From contig JAYFMW010000020.1 in NCBI GenBank assembly GCA_042408215.1, positions 512,001 through 576,000 on the forward strand: a DNA stretch of 64,000 nt, written 5' to 3'. Shown in pieces: positions 1 through 10,232 of this stretch. The translations under genes were made by a program, and so were the position numbers. Numbering within the stretch: position 1 is the stretch's first letter; each line of letters starts with the position of its first letter. Under the pieces are notes generated by a model, which saw only the letters and a list, made by a program, of their open reading frames with translations, searched no databases and was not told where the DNA came from. The DNA comes from Microcoleus sp. (lineage in GTDB: Bacteria > Cyanobacteriota > Cyanobacteriia > Cyanobacteriales > Microcoleaceae).

Positions 1-2
1 AT

Positions 3-965
3 CGCACTTTAATTAAAGATTTTACCTACAATTTCACTCCCGAAGACCGGATTGGGATTATTGGCTGTAACGGCGCGGGAAAATCGACGCTGATGGACAT
101 TATTACTGGACGAATTAAGCCGGATTCGGGGACTGTAGAAATTGGGACAACGATTCACATCGGTTATTTCGACCAACACTCGGAGGATTTGACACCAAAC
201 GAAGACCAGCGTGTCATTGAATACCTCAAAAGTGTTGGGGAATTGGTGAAAACGGCCGATGGAGAAATCATTACGGCTTCTCAAATGTTGGAGAAGTTTC
301 TGTTTCCGCCGATTCAACAATATGCACCGATTAGCAAACTTTCGGGCGGGGAAAAGCGCCGATTGTTTCTGTTGAAGGTGTTGATGAGTGCGCCGAACTT
401 GCTGATTTTGGATGAACCGACAAACGATTTGGATGTCCAGACTTTGGCGGTGTTGGAGGATTATCTGGAAGACTTCAACGGCTGTGTAATTGTAGTATCT
501 CACGATCGCTATTTTCTCGATCGCACAATAGACATGGTTTTCTCCTTAGAGCCTGGGGGGAATTTGCGTTTGTATCCCGGTAATTATTCGGTGTATTTGG
601 ATCGCAAAAAAGCGGAAGAAGCGAAGGAACTTAAAGCACAAAAAAATCCTAGCAAAACACCACAATCTGCTGCTAACCCCCCCAACCAGGGCGGGCACGG
701 GGGCACCGCCCCTACAAGGGGAGAAAGTCAGGAATCGGAGAAGCCGCGCAAACTTACATTTAATGAAAAACGGGAATACGAGAAGTTAGAAGTTAAAATT
801 CCGCAGATGGAAGCTGAGAAAGCAGAGATTGAGCAGATTTTGTCTCTCAATTCTCCGAGTGGTTTTGGTGAGGTGAAAAAGTTATCTGAACGTTTGGGAC
901 AATTGAATCAAGAGATCGATCGGGCGACCGAGCTCTGGTTGGAATTGGCGGAACGGGTGAGTTAA
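3..965 (+). CDS. ABC-F family ATP-binding protein (Uup-like), 5' part outside window
   Basis: Frame is open from the window edge. Walker A GCNGAGKST, signature LSGGE, Walker B LILDEPTN, SHDRYFLD, and a C-terminal coiled coil (KLTFNEKREYE). Confidence 0.93.
   Translation, partial: RTLIKDFTYNFTPEDRIGIIGCNGAGKSTLMDIITGRIKPDSGTVEIGTTIHIGYFDQHSEDLTPNEDQRVIEYLKSVGELVKTADGEIITASQMLEKFLFPPIQQYAPISKLSGGEKRRLFLLKVLMSAPNLLILDEPTNDLDVQTLAVLEDYLEDFNGCVIVVSHDRYFLDRTIDMVFSLEPGGNLRLYPGNYSVYLDRKKAEEAKELKAQKNPSKTPQSAANPPNQGGHGGTAPTRGESQESEKPRKLTFNEKREYEKLEVKIPQMEAEKAEIEQILSLNSPSGFGEVKKLSERLGQLNQEIDRATELWLELAERVS
689..715. repeat. GTAG-family REP-like palindrome inserted in-frame in the ABC-F linker
   Basis: GGGCGGGCACGGGGGCACCGCCCCTAC is a GC-rich imperfect hairpin ending CTAC like the intergenic REPs in this window. 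It encodes GGHGGTAPT. Confidence 0.6.
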
Positions 966-1011
966 TCCGATTTGAGTTTTTTAATTGGGGAGTTTAGATT
1001 GGGAATAGCTC

Positions 1012-2130
1012 ATGTTGAAACGGATATACATTGACAATTTTCGCTGTCTGGTTAATTTTGAAATTGACCTTGATGCAATTAATTTATTTCTGGGTACTAA
1101 CGGTTCGGGAAAATCAACTGTTTTTGAAGTATTGCAGAAAATCCAAGCATTGGTCAGCGGCGACAGTAAGGTAGAAGGAATTTTCAAACCAGCGGACTGC
1201 ACCCGCTGGCAAATCTCACAAATTCAGCGTTTCGAGCTAGAAATTCTCGGTAATGGCGGCTGCTACACATATCAATTACAAATCGATGACAATCGAGATA
1301 AATGTCGTGTTAGGTACGAGAGTCTGCTCTTTGATAACCGGCTTTTACTACAATTTGAATTCGGCGAAGTTCAACTCTATCGAGATGATTATTCACCAGG
1401 CCCGAAATACCAGTTTGACTGGTCGCAATCTATTCTGCCTTCATTAATGCCAAGAAACGACAACACGAAGTTAACTTGGTTTAGAGAACGGATGGCGCGA
1501 TTTATCATCGTGCAAGTTGTTCCCAGCTTGATGGTTGATGAAAGTAGCCAAGAACAAATGCGTTTGACTCCTAAGATGGAAAATTTTGTTTCTTGGTATC
1601 GCTACTTATCTGAAGATCAAGGTAAAGTTGCTGAAATTGGCAATATTTTAAAAGATGTTTTGAATGGATTCAACAATTTTAAGTTTGAGCGAGTAAGCGA
1701 AGATAATTTGGTGTTAAAACTGCGGTTTTCAGGAGAAAAAGATAACAGCAAGCCAATTGAATATCGTCTCAGAGAATTGTCGGACGGACAAAAAACATTA
1801 GTGGCTTTATACGCGCTGATTCACGGTACAAAATCTGAAGACTATACTGTGTGGATTGATGAACCAGAAAACTTTTTAGCATTGCCAGAAATTCAACCCT
1901 GGCTGATTGAGATTTATGACCTTTGTAGTGATGGTACACTTCAAGCTTTACTAATTTCTCACCATCCTGAGTTAATCAACTATCTTTTAGTTTCACCAAT
2001 TGGCTATTGGTTTGAACGTCAAAGTAATGCTGCGGTTAGAGTCAAAAAAATTAGCAGTGAAGTGGCTGACAATTCTGGATTGCCAGTTTCTGAACTGATT
2101 GCACGGGGATGGTTGAATGAGTCAGCGTAG
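1012..2130 (+). CDS. ABC-type ATPase (AAA_21/AAA_15-like)
   Basis: RIYIDNFRCL N-terminus, Walker A GTNGSGKS, signature LSDGQ, Walker B VWIDEPEN, H-loop ISHH. Confidence 0.88.
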   Translation: MLKRIYIDNFRCLVNFEIDLDAINLFLGTNGSGKSTVFEVLQKIQALVSGDSKVEGIFKPADCTRWQISQIQRFELEILGNGGCYTYQLQIDDNRDKCRVRYESLLFDNRLLLQFEFGEVQLYRDDYSPGPKYQFDWSQSILPSLMPRNDNTKLTWFRERMARFIIVQVVPSLMVDESSQEQMRLTPKMENFVSWYRYLSEDQGKVAEIGNILKDVLNGFNNFKFERVSEDNLVLKLRFSGEKDNSKPIEYRLRELSDGQKTLVALYALIHGTKSEDYTVWIDEPENFLALPEIQPWLIEIYDLCSDGTLQALLISHHPELINYLLVSPIGYWFERQSNAAVRVKKISSEVADNSGLPVSELIARGWLNESA

Positions 2131-2671
2131 AGTTCAGATTGTCATTCTCTGCGAGGATAGACAGCAGGAAGTTTTTGCCCGTCATTTCCTGAACAAGCGA
2201 GGTTTCACAGGTCTATTTCGGACTAAAATTAGTCCGCCAGGTAGCCAATCTGGAGAACAGTATGTACGCACTGAGTATCCGAAGGAAGTGAAAGCTTATC
2301 GCCAGAATAGAAACCGGGTATCGATCGCATTAGTGGTGTTAATTGATGCAGATAGGGGTACGCTGCAAGACAGACTAAATCAGTTAGCTAGTATACTTGA
2401 TGAAGATGCTCAGGAAAAGAGGCGATCGGATGAGGCGATCGCAATATTCGTTCCCAAGCGCAATATTGAGACTTGGATACACTACTTGCAGGGAGAAACT
2501 GTGAATGAGGAGGATGCTTATGCAAAATATGAGAAAAATGAGGCTGTTTGCAAGACCTATGTTGAGAATTTAGCCGATCGATGTTATGCTCATGACTTAC
2601 CAGAAGATGCACCGCGATCGCTTCAAGCAGCTTGTGGCGAATTACAGCGGCTATTACCACTTTTGCAGTAA
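2117..2671 (+). CDS. TOPRIM-like protein (DUF4276/RloB-like), partner of the ATPase
   Basis: ILCED, LIDAD (DxD) and RNIETWI motifs. Overlaps the ATPase stop by 14 nt. Confidence 0.7.
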   Translation: MSQRRVQIVILCEDRQQEVFARHFLNKRGFTGLFRTKISPPGSQSGEQYVRTEYPKEVKAYRQNRNRVSIALVVLIDADRGTLQDRLNQLASILDEDAQEKRRSDEAIAIFVPKRNIETWIHYLQGETVNEEDAYAKYEKNEAVCKTYVENLADRCYAHDLPEDAPRSLQAACGELQRLLPLLQ

Positions 2672-2757
2672 TTAGTTAATAACTGAGAAACGATATTAGA
2701 CCTATATTTGCTTCCTTGACAAGCACCTGGATTTATCAGTGGGGTCGATTCTTCAAT

Positions 2758-2857
2758 TCTAAAATCTAAAATCTAAAATCTAAAATCTAAAATCTAAAAT
2801 CTAAAATCTAAAATCTAAAATCTAAAATCTAAAATCTAAAATCTAAAATCTAAAATC
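2758..2857. repeat. heptamer tandem repeat (TCTAAAA)n, about 14 copies
   Basis: Directly visible. STRR-like repeat of filamentous cyanobacteria; the last copy overlaps the methyltransferase stop codon. Confidence 0.97.
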
Positions 2858-3470
2858 GATTGACTGCTGTTGCTGTCATCATCCCCCAAAACCAATCGAT
2901 TTTGTATCGTTCGATCGCAATTTCTTGTAATCCCTCGTCTCGCATCATCGCTTGACATTCAGCGACTCCATAGGTGCCCAAATGAGCGCGGTTGAAACAC
3001 CGCAGGAAAAAGTCACAAATTTTGCAAGTTAAATAATCATAACACCAATCTGTAATCACTAGACGACCATTAGGTTTGAGAACTCGTTTTGCTTCTTGGA
3101 GTGCTTGGGATGGATCTCGAAAGAAATGAAATGCGCTGGTTGACACTACTATATCAAAATAGTTGCTGGGAAATGGTAGGTTGTCAGCACTACCTAGTTT
3201 TAAATCCACAGACTCAGGTAGTTTCTGTTTGGCAATTTCGAGCATTTCAGCACTAGCATCAATTCCGACAACTTCTGATTCTGAGGCTACCTGTAACAGA
3301 CGCTGGATTAAAACCCCGGTTCCACAACCAAGGTCTAAAATACGCTCTCCTGGGTTAATTTCTAGACGGTTGAGTGTTTCCTCAACAGTTGCATTTACAT
3401 AAAATGACCAGCGACTATCATATTGCTGTGCGAGGCGAGAATACTCTCTTTGAACAGGGTCTGAGTACAT
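2850..3470 (-). CDS. class I SAM-dependent methyltransferase
   Basis: ILDLGCGTG, GIDAS, FDIVVS and RVLKPNGRL motifs. Confidence 0.92.
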   Translation of the reverse strand: MYSDPVQREYSRLAQQYDSRWSFYVNATVEETLNRLEINPGERILDLGCGTGVLIQRLLQVASESEVVGIDASAEMLEIAKQKLPESVDLKLGSADNLPFPSNYFDIVVSTSAFHFFRDPSQALQEAKRVLKPNGRLVITDWCYDYLTCKICDFFLRCFNRAHLGTYGVAECQAMMRDEGLQEIAIERYKIDWFWGMMTATAVNRF

Positions 3471-3632
3471 AATTTTTAATGTCGATCGCTACAACAACAA
3501 CCTGATTAATTTAGGACTTAAGCTCAACTCTATTTGTAGGGTGTGTACTGGGGACCTTACCACTACCAATTGCGATCGCACATCCCATCCTACCTCGCTC
3601 TACTCTGAAAATGATCTCATAATTAACTAACC

Positions 3633-4235
3633 TTACTTTCCTTTTACCTTCGCCGCCCTAGACTCCACTGTAAATGGTGGAATGTCTTGCAATTCTGTTT
3701 CGCTTAAACTATACTGTTCGCAAACTAAACTGAGGCGAGTTCCAGCACTTTTAACAGCATTGACAGAATGAGTCAAGTCTCCTTGAAAATACACTAGCGC
3801 GTTCATTTCTGGCTTAATTTGCCCGACTTGTTTTTTGTGACAACACAACACCAACTCTCCGCCTTCGAGATTGGCCGGTACCTGGACGTACAAAACGCTG
3901 ACTGTCGCCGGCGGTTCCACTGTTTTGCAGTACGATCGCAAAGAGCGATCGATATGCGGATCGACGCGGGAACCTTCTTTCAGTAGCAGAGGGTTGAGGT
4001 AAAAAGCATTGCAAGCTGGCTGTAGCGCTTGGTCTAGATAGGGTTTGAAGTATGGGAAACGCTGTTCTACTTGGGCGATTTCGGAACGTTGAAATACGAC
4101 GGAAAAGCCTTTTGTACCGATGAAGTCGCGGTTGAGGTTGTTGATTGCCAAATAAGGGGATGCTAGAATTGCTCCTCGCAAATCGTTGAGGTAAGTAATC
4201 GAGAAAGTGTTAGAATGTTTGCTATAGTATTTCAA
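3633..4235 (-). CDS. 2OG-Fe(II) oxygenase family protein
   Basis: HID (HxD) motif, SVLY, GGEL, HSV and distal R (RLSLV). TTG start. Confidence 0.85.
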   Translation of the reverse strand: MKYYSKHSNTFSITYLNDLRGAILASPYLAINNLNRDFIGTKGFSVVFQRSEIAQVEQRFPYFKPYLDQALQPACNAFYLNPLLLKEGSRVDPHIDRSLRSYCKTVEPPATVSVLYVQVPANLEGGELVLCCHKKQVGQIKPEMNALVYFQGDLTHSVNAVKSAGTRLSLVCEQYSLSETELQDIPPFTVESRAAKVKGK

Positions 4236-4433
4236 GGTGTTCCAGGGGACTCAATAAATGTGCGATCGATCAATATCCAGAATACATCACGGCATCAATA
4301 TTTAGTTGAAGGGCGATCGCCTTTGCCAATTCCTCACACATGGCTGTCGATAGCAGTTGACACAATAAGAAATTTCATGATATATAAAGTCTAGCTTTAA
4401 TTCCTCACATTACAATCTGAGCAAATATACCAG

Positions 4434-5582
4434 ATGAAAAGAAATCCACTAGCAGTCATGCTGCTATCCTTGTTGGGATTAGCCTTAACTTTTATAATTT
4501 CCAATTATTCTCACGTCGCAGCTCAAGAGACTCCCAGAAATTCCCTTGTTACTCAACAACAAAAAACGACAACAGCAACTGTTGCTCCAATAGCAAAACT
4601 CCCAGAAGCAAAACCCTCCCTCAAAACTCTTCCCAACCCTGACAAGCCAACAGAAGTTGCTGTCGGTTTCTACCTTACCAACCTCGGTCGCATTAATCAA
4701 TCAGATGAGACTGTTGATGTCAGCGGTTATTTGTCTGCAAATTGGCAAGACAAGCGTCTAGTATTTAACCCGAAAGCAGTTGGCGATACGGAAATTCGCT
4801 ACAGTCCCGAAAAAATATGGGAACCAGCTTTAACGATTGTCAATTCTCAATCAGCCGCGAAAAAAGGCGCGGTGGAATTAACTGCTCAGCCCGACGGCAA
4901 AGTCAATTATTTAGAACTCATTAACGCTACTGTATCTTCTGACTTAGATTTGAAAAAGTTTCCCTTTGATTCGCAAAAAGCTCAGATTGTTTTGGAATCT
5001 TTGTCTTCTGATGACAGACGTATAGTTTTGCAAAACGATCCAAACCTGACTGGATACAGCAAAGATTCTTTTGTTTCTTTATCCGAATGGCAAATTCTTG
5101 GGATTAACACTATAGTCACTCCCAACAAATTTGCACCAGAAGGTAAAACCTATTCGCGATACACTTTTGAATTAAAACTCAAACGCAATTGCCAATTTTA
5201 CATCTTTAAAGTCTTTATTCCCCTGCTGCTAATTACACTGCTTTCTTGGGCGACTTTTTGGATGGATTCCAACGCAGCTTTTTCCACTCAAATGAGTGTA
5301 GGGATGACCAGCACCCTCACGGCAATCACTTTTAACTTTACTGTTGCTAATGCTTTGCCGAGATTATCTTACTTAACTCTGCTGGACGCATACATATTTA
5401 TCTGTTATATCTTTTTCTTTTTGTCGATTATGGCGAATGTCACCGTACATTTCTTGCTAAAAAAGTACGAAAATCCCGATTTTATCCATCGTATGACGCG
5501 CAGATTTCGCTGGATTTTCCCCTTAGCTTTTGTGGTCTTTCAAGGGATAGTAATGACCGTATTTTTGGTGTCATCCAACTGA
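4434..5582 (+). CDS. pentameric ligand-gated ion channel (GLIC/ELIC-like)
   Basis: Signal peptide, IWEP, FPFDSQ Pro-loop, EW, pre-M1 LKR, four TM helices with M1 Pro (VFIP) and M2-M3 loop LPRLSYLT. Confidence 0.9.
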   Translation: MKRNPLAVMLLSLLGLALTFIISNYSHVAAQETPRNSLVTQQQKTTTATVAPIAKLPEAKPSLKTLPNPDKPTEVAVGFYLTNLGRINQSDETVDVSGYLSANWQDKRLVFNPKAVGDTEIRYSPEKIWEPALTIVNSQSAAKKGAVELTAQPDGKVNYLELINATVSSDLDLKKFPFDSQKAQIVLESLSSDDRRIVLQNDPNLTGYSKDSFVSLSEWQILGINTIVTPNKFAPEGKTYSRYTFELKLKRNCQFYIFKVFIPLLLITLLSWATFWMDSNAAFSTQMSVGMTSTLTAITFNFTVANALPRLSYLTLLDAYIFICYIFFFLSIMANVTVHFLLKKYENPDFIHRMTRRFRWIFPLAFVVFQGIVMTVFLVSSN

Positions 5583-6294
5583 AATGGGAAATATTTCAAG
5601 AGGAATTCCCCATGTGTGTTGAGCAAGTGAGTTTTTCCCCAACATATTTTGATTTTTTACGAAAGTTTCGATCGCCTCTTTAGATAAGTAAAATTTATAT
5701 ATACGCCTAAAATATTTTTGATATTTAATGTTACGAGTTGTGTTGTAAAAAATTGTAAAAAAATTATTAGGAAAGATTCTTATTTAATTAACGATTTTGC
5801 GACTTTTCAGAATATATTACTACATCGTGATGAAGCTATGGTACAATTGAAATTCTATAATTTGGCGTAAGTTATAACTACTCAACAAGCAGACTCTTCA
5901 AAGTTAAAAGTCTGAAACTCTTTTGAATAGTGGAATACCAGCGCTAAGCTAGGGTAGAGAGAAAAAATTTTGCTAGATCCGAAAGTAAAGAAAAGTAAAG
6001 AAAAATTTGTTTTTGTATCAAAAGTCGGTCAGAGCGCCGTGAAAGGGCTTGACCGATCGGCAAAAATGTGGTATGGAATAAGATAAAATTAAGATGGGTA
6101 GCAGAAATTAAGCAGCCAAAATCTCGAAAAAGTCGATCGGACAAAGAAGTTTGCCAAAGCATAAAAATTTGGCGCTCGCTGAGGTACAATTCACCTGTTC
6201 AGGGGAAAGAATTGGTAAGTTAAAAAATCCACCTGTAGAAGTCAGAAGCTAAGAGTCTCAGGGTTTTAGACCGATCGCGAATTAGAAAAAAACT

Positions 6295-7644
6295 ATGTCT
6301 CAGAATATCACCACAAAACAGATGGCTTTGGAATCAGGCCAAGACCCGATCGCCGTAGTGGCGACAGTCGAAACAATGCCAGCCGAAGCAGTGGCGGTAG
6401 AGTCCTACGCCGATCGGTTGATGGATGAACTGTTTGAAGGGGTCGATCGATCGTTTGAGAAAAGTGGCGGACTGCCCACAGAACCGGTGCAGCCAAAAAC
6501 GATCGCACTCAAGTCGATCTCGGTACCTCCAATAGTCCTGTCGCAGTTGGCGCAGCCACAGCAGCCAGCCGAAAAAGACATAAAAGCGATCGCCCGCCAA
6601 GTCGCCCTAGAAACAACCCAAAAACAACAGTCCAAACAATCCTTCGACAAAATCCTACTCGGAGCAGCATTTGGTTCCCTAATGCTAGTCCTGGGATTGT
6701 GGCTGGCCAGCAGGTCAGGACTAGTCCGCTTACCTACAGCCACACCAGTCGCCTCTACGCCGGCAGAGGCTGGGAAAACAGCACCAGATACCCAGTTTGT
6801 CGAATACGTGCAACGATCGCTAGAAGCGATCGAACAAAAAAAAGCACCGCAGGCAAACCCACAACTACCAGTAGTTCCCGGAGTCGCCCCCCCAGGAACA
6901 CTGCCGAGCATTCAAATTTCCGGGTCGCCACCTGTAACGGCTGGTCTCTCGACAGCAGTCAACCGCATCGCCGACGCCCTAGAACAAGTCGCCGCGCAGC
7001 CGGGAACACCTGCACTCCCAGCCCAAGTGGTAATCATCCCGCCCGCTCCAGTTCCAGCTCCAGCTCCTGTTTTAGTTCCAGTTCCCATTCCAGCTCCAGC
7101 TCCAGCTCCAGTTCTAGTTCCAATTCCAGCTCCGGCTGCTGTGGCGCCTCAAACCGCTACAGTTTCGCCCCCGCCCGCAGCCCCCGCCTCTGGTCGAGCC
7201 ATCGCCTCTGCCGGAAGGGCAACTCAAACTCCCGTCGCCACTTCCCCTTCTCCTTCCTCTTCTCCCTCGGAGTCTCCCCAGCCAAAGATTTTGGCTCGCG
7301 AAACCGAACCGGCAGCCCCAGCGCCCGCAGCAGCCCCAGCGCCCGCAGCAGCCCCAGCGCCCGCAGCAGCCCCAGCGCCCGCAGCTCAGCCAGCAGCACC
7401 GCAGACACAACCAGCACCGCCCGTCAGCAGCAGCGCCCAGACTTCTGCACACACGCTCGTCGGGGTTTTGGAGTTGGGCGATCGATCGGCTGCTTTATTT
7501 GAAGTAGACGGTGTAGCCCGCAGAATTTATGTTGGCGAAAGCATCGGCGCTAGTGGTTGGACGCTGGCCGAAATCAAAAATCAAGAAGCAGTTATTCGTA
7601 AGGGGGGAGATGTGCGATCGGTTTTTGTCGGGCAGAAATTTTAA
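6295..7644 (+). CDS. Pro/Ala-rich single-TM protein with C-terminal PilP/GspC-like beta domain
   Basis: One TM (ILLGAAFGSLMLVLGLWL), PAPA repeats, C-terminal TLVGVLELGDRSAALFEVDG...VGESIG...GWTL. Confidence 0.7.
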   Translation: MSQNITTKQMALESGQDPIAVVATVETMPAEAVAVESYADRLMDELFEGVDRSFEKSGGLPTEPVQPKTIALKSISVPPIVLSQLAQPQQPAEKDIKAIARQVALETTQKQQSKQSFDKILLGAAFGSLMLVLGLWLASRSGLVRLPTATPVASTPAEAGKTAPDTQFVEYVQRSLEAIEQKKAPQANPQLPVVPGVAPPGTLPSIQISGSPPVTAGLSTAVNRIADALEQVAAQPGTPALPAQVVIIPPAPVPAPAPVLVPVPIPAPAPAPVLVPIPAPAAVAPQTATVSPPPAAPASGRAIASAGRATQTPVATSPSPSSSPSESPQPKILARETEPAAPAPAAAPAPAAAPAPAAAPAPAAQPAAPQTQPAPPVSSSAQTSAHTLVGVLELGDRSAALFEVDGVARRIYVGESIGASGWTLAEIKNQEAVIRKGGDVRSVFVGQKF

Positions 7645-7754
7645 TTAGTTAGTTAACTGTTAATTGTTAACTGTTAATTGTTAACTGTTAACTAATAAAT
7701 TAATCCCTGGGAATCTCAACTGCAAAAACTAACAACAAATAACAAATAACCAAT

Positions 7755-8205
7755 GATATCAATTCGGGTTGCATCGGAATGTTTTAACCGCAGAGAACGC
7801 AGAGAACACAGAGGGAGATCGGAGAGAGATGACTAATTCCGATGAAGAGCGGATTTTATCTAACCCATAACCAATAACCAATAACCAATGATATCAATTC
7901 GGGTTGCATCGGAATGTTTTAACCGCAGAGAACGCAGAGAACACAGAGGGAGATCGGAGAGAGATGACTAATTCTGATGAAGAGCGGATTTTATCTAACC
8001 CATTTGCATCGGAATGTTTTAACCGCAGAGAACGCAGAGAACGCAGAGGGAACTCAGAGAGAGATGACTAATTCCGATGAAGAGCGGATTTTATCTAACC
8101 CATTTGCATCGGAATGTTTTAACCGCAGAGAACGCAGAGAACGCAGAGGGAACTCAGAGAGAGATGACTAATTCCGATGAAGAGCGGATTTTATCTAACC
8201 CATAA
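7755..8205. repeat. four tandem copies of a ~100-112 bp MITE-like unit
   Basis: Each unit has GTTGCATCGGAAT ... ATTCCGATGAAGAGCGGATTTT ends around an AACCGCAGAGAACGCAGAGAAC(A/G)CAGAGGG core. Confidence 0.93.
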
Positions 8206-8230
8206 CCCATAATATAGGACTAATAAAAAA

Positions 8231-8818
8231 ATGGGCTTATTTGACGATTTCAGTCGATTGTTAGAAACAAAATTAGAAGAATTCTTGCGAAGTAATCCAC
8301 ATCTGGAATTGCAGGCCATAGAAGAACAACTCAAGGAACAAGAAGAAGACACCCTGCGGCTGATTCTCGAAATCCAAAAACAAGAGAAAACACTGCAAGC
8401 AGAGATTCTGTCAACAGCGCAAGAAATTCAGCGCTGGAACGATCGCATCAACAAAGCCAAAGCAGCTCAAAGGCTCGACCTCGCCCAAGCGGCTCAAGAG
8501 CGACAAGCAGGTTTACTGCGTCAGGGAAATCAGCGCTGGGGTCAAATGCAAGGCTGTAAAGAACGGATTGAAAAAGCTAAAGAACTTTACCGCCAAATTC
8601 AGGCGCGACGAAAGGAAGTCCGAGCAAAAGCAGCCGAAGCAGCAACTCGCACTGCTGCTAAAACAGCTACTAAAACAGAGCAGAGTTGGGATACAAAGGG
8701 TTGGAATCAGAGTTCAAATTATAGCAGTTTTAGTGCAGCAGACCCTCTGGAAGAAAAGTTTAAACACTGGGAAGCTGACGAAGAACTCGATCGCATGAAA
8801 CGCAATCTCAATCGATAA
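8231..8818 (+). CDS. cyanobacterial coiled-coil protein (TIGR04376-like, PspA-like)
   Basis: MGLFDDFSRLLETKLEEFLRSNPHLEL N-terminus, coiled coil, DPLEEKFKHWEADEEL C-terminus. Confidence 0.8.
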   Translation: MGLFDDFSRLLETKLEEFLRSNPHLELQAIEEQLKEQEEDTLRLILEIQKQEKTLQAEILSTAQEIQRWNDRINKAKAAQRLDLAQAAQERQAGLLRQGNQRWGQMQGCKERIEKAKELYRQIQARRKEVRAKAAEAATRTAAKTATKTEQSWDTKGWNQSSNYSSFSAADPLEEKFKHWEADEELDRMKRNLNR

Positions 8819-9120
8819 TTTGTAGTCAATCTCAAATCTCTCTCTCTTCTCTACCTCTGCGCCCTCTGCGCCCTCTGTGGTTCAATCAATCATTCCCATG
8901 AAAAACTCGATCGCATGAAACGCAATCTCAATCGATAATTTGTAGCCAATCTCAAATCTCTCTCTTCTCTACCTCTGCGCCCTCTGCGCCCTCTGCGGTT
9001 CAATCATTCAATCCTATGAAGAACTCGATCGCATGAAACGCAATCTCAATCGATAATTTGTAGCCCATCTCAAATCTCTCTCTTCTCTTCCTCTGCGCCC
9101 TCTGCGCCCTCTGCGGTTAA
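8780..9120. repeat. three tandem 118-120 bp repeats including the last 39 nt of the upstream gene
   Basis: Units start at 8780, 8900 and 9018 (GAA(G/A)AACTCGATCGCATGAAACGCAATCTCAATCGATAA + CCTCTGCGCCCTCTGCGCCCTCTG(C/T)GGTT). Confidence 0.93.
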
Positions 9121-9166
9121 AAAATCAATCCTAATCAAATAAACTTGTCCCCAATAACTAAAATCC

Positions 9167-10228
9167 ATGACTACTCAAAACACCCTAGTTTCCCCCGTCA
9201 CCTGGCTCGAAGACCGAGTTCTACTAATTGACCAAAACCAACTCCCCCAAGAATATGAAGTGGTGGAAATTAGCCACTGCGACGACATGGCTGAGGCGAT
9301 TAAAACGATGATCGTTCGAGGTGCGCCGGCGATTGGGGTAGCAGCAGCTTATGGGATGTATTTGGGTGCGAGGGAAATCGAAACGGGCGATCGCGCCGAA
9401 TTTTTGACTAAACTAGAAAAAGTCGGCGATTTATTGCGATCGACCCGTCCCACTGCGGTAAACTTGTTTTGGGCAATATCCCGAATGCTCAAAACAGCCG
9501 ATCGCGCCATCGGTTCCGTCGAACACATCCAAAAAACTTTGCTAGAAATGGCAAAAACCATTCAAGCAGAAGACTTGCAAACCTGTAAAGATATCGGCGA
9601 CAAAGGTTTAGAAGTTCTCCCCGCGACACCGGAAAAATTAACATTACTAACTCACTGCAATGCCGGTGGTTTAGCAACTGCTGGCTACGGTACAGCTTTA
9701 GGCGTAGTTCGTTCCGCTTGGCGAGAAGGAAGACTCGCCAGACTTTTTGCAGACGAAACTCGTCCCCGTCTCCAAGGTGCAAAACTGACAACTTGGGAAT
9801 GCGTCCAAGAAGGAATTCCCGTAACATTAATTGCCGACAATATGGCCGCCCACTGCATGAAACAAGGCATGATTCACGCCGTAGTTGTCGGTGCAGACAG
9901 AATCGCTGCTAATGGCGATGCTGCTAACAAAATTGGCACTTACAGTTTAGCAATTATCGCCAAAGCTCACAAGGTCCCTTTCTTTGTCGCCGCGCCTCTT
10001 TCGACCATTGATTTTGAACTGACCGACGGGAGCAAAATCCCCATTGAAGAACGCGATTCCGTGGAAATGTATCAAGTGGGAACTACGCGCATTTGTCCTG
10101 TGGGAGTAGATTTTTATAATCCCGCTTTTGACGTAACTCCGGCTGAATTAATCTCAGGAATTATTACAGAATACGGGACCGTTGCTCCTGGGGAATTGAA
10201 ACAGTTTCAGTCAAAACAATTCATTTAA
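9167..10228 (+). CDS. mtnA: S-methyl-5-thioribose-1-phosphate isomerase
   Basis: [43 protein letters not shown]. Confidence 0.96.
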   Translation: MTTQNTLVSPVTWLEDRVLLIDQNQLPQEYEVVEISHCDDMAEAIKTMIVRGAPAIGVAAAYGMYLGAREIETGDRAEFLTKLEKVGDLLRSTRPTAVNLFWAISRMLKTADRAIGSVEHIQKTLLEMAKTIQAEDLQTCKDIGDKGLEVLPATPEKLTLLTHCNAGGLATAGYGTALGVVRSAWREGRLARLFADETRPRLQGAKLTTWECVQEGIPVTLIADNMAAHCMKQGMIHAVVVGADRIAANGDAANKIGTYSLAIIAKAHKVPFFVAAPLSTIDFELTDGSKIPIEERDSVEMYQVGTTRICPVGVDFYNPAFDVTPAELISGIITEYGTVAPGELKQFQSKQFI

Positions 10229-10232
10229 TTAT

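Noticed and set aside
6308..7502. Several overlapping ORFs within the Pro/Ala-rich gene
   Set aside because: GC-rich low-complexity shadow ORFs.
7755..8205. CRISPR array or coding repeat (ORF 7977-8171)
   Set aside because: Whole units are duplicated without variable spacers. The ORF is a by-product of the repeat.
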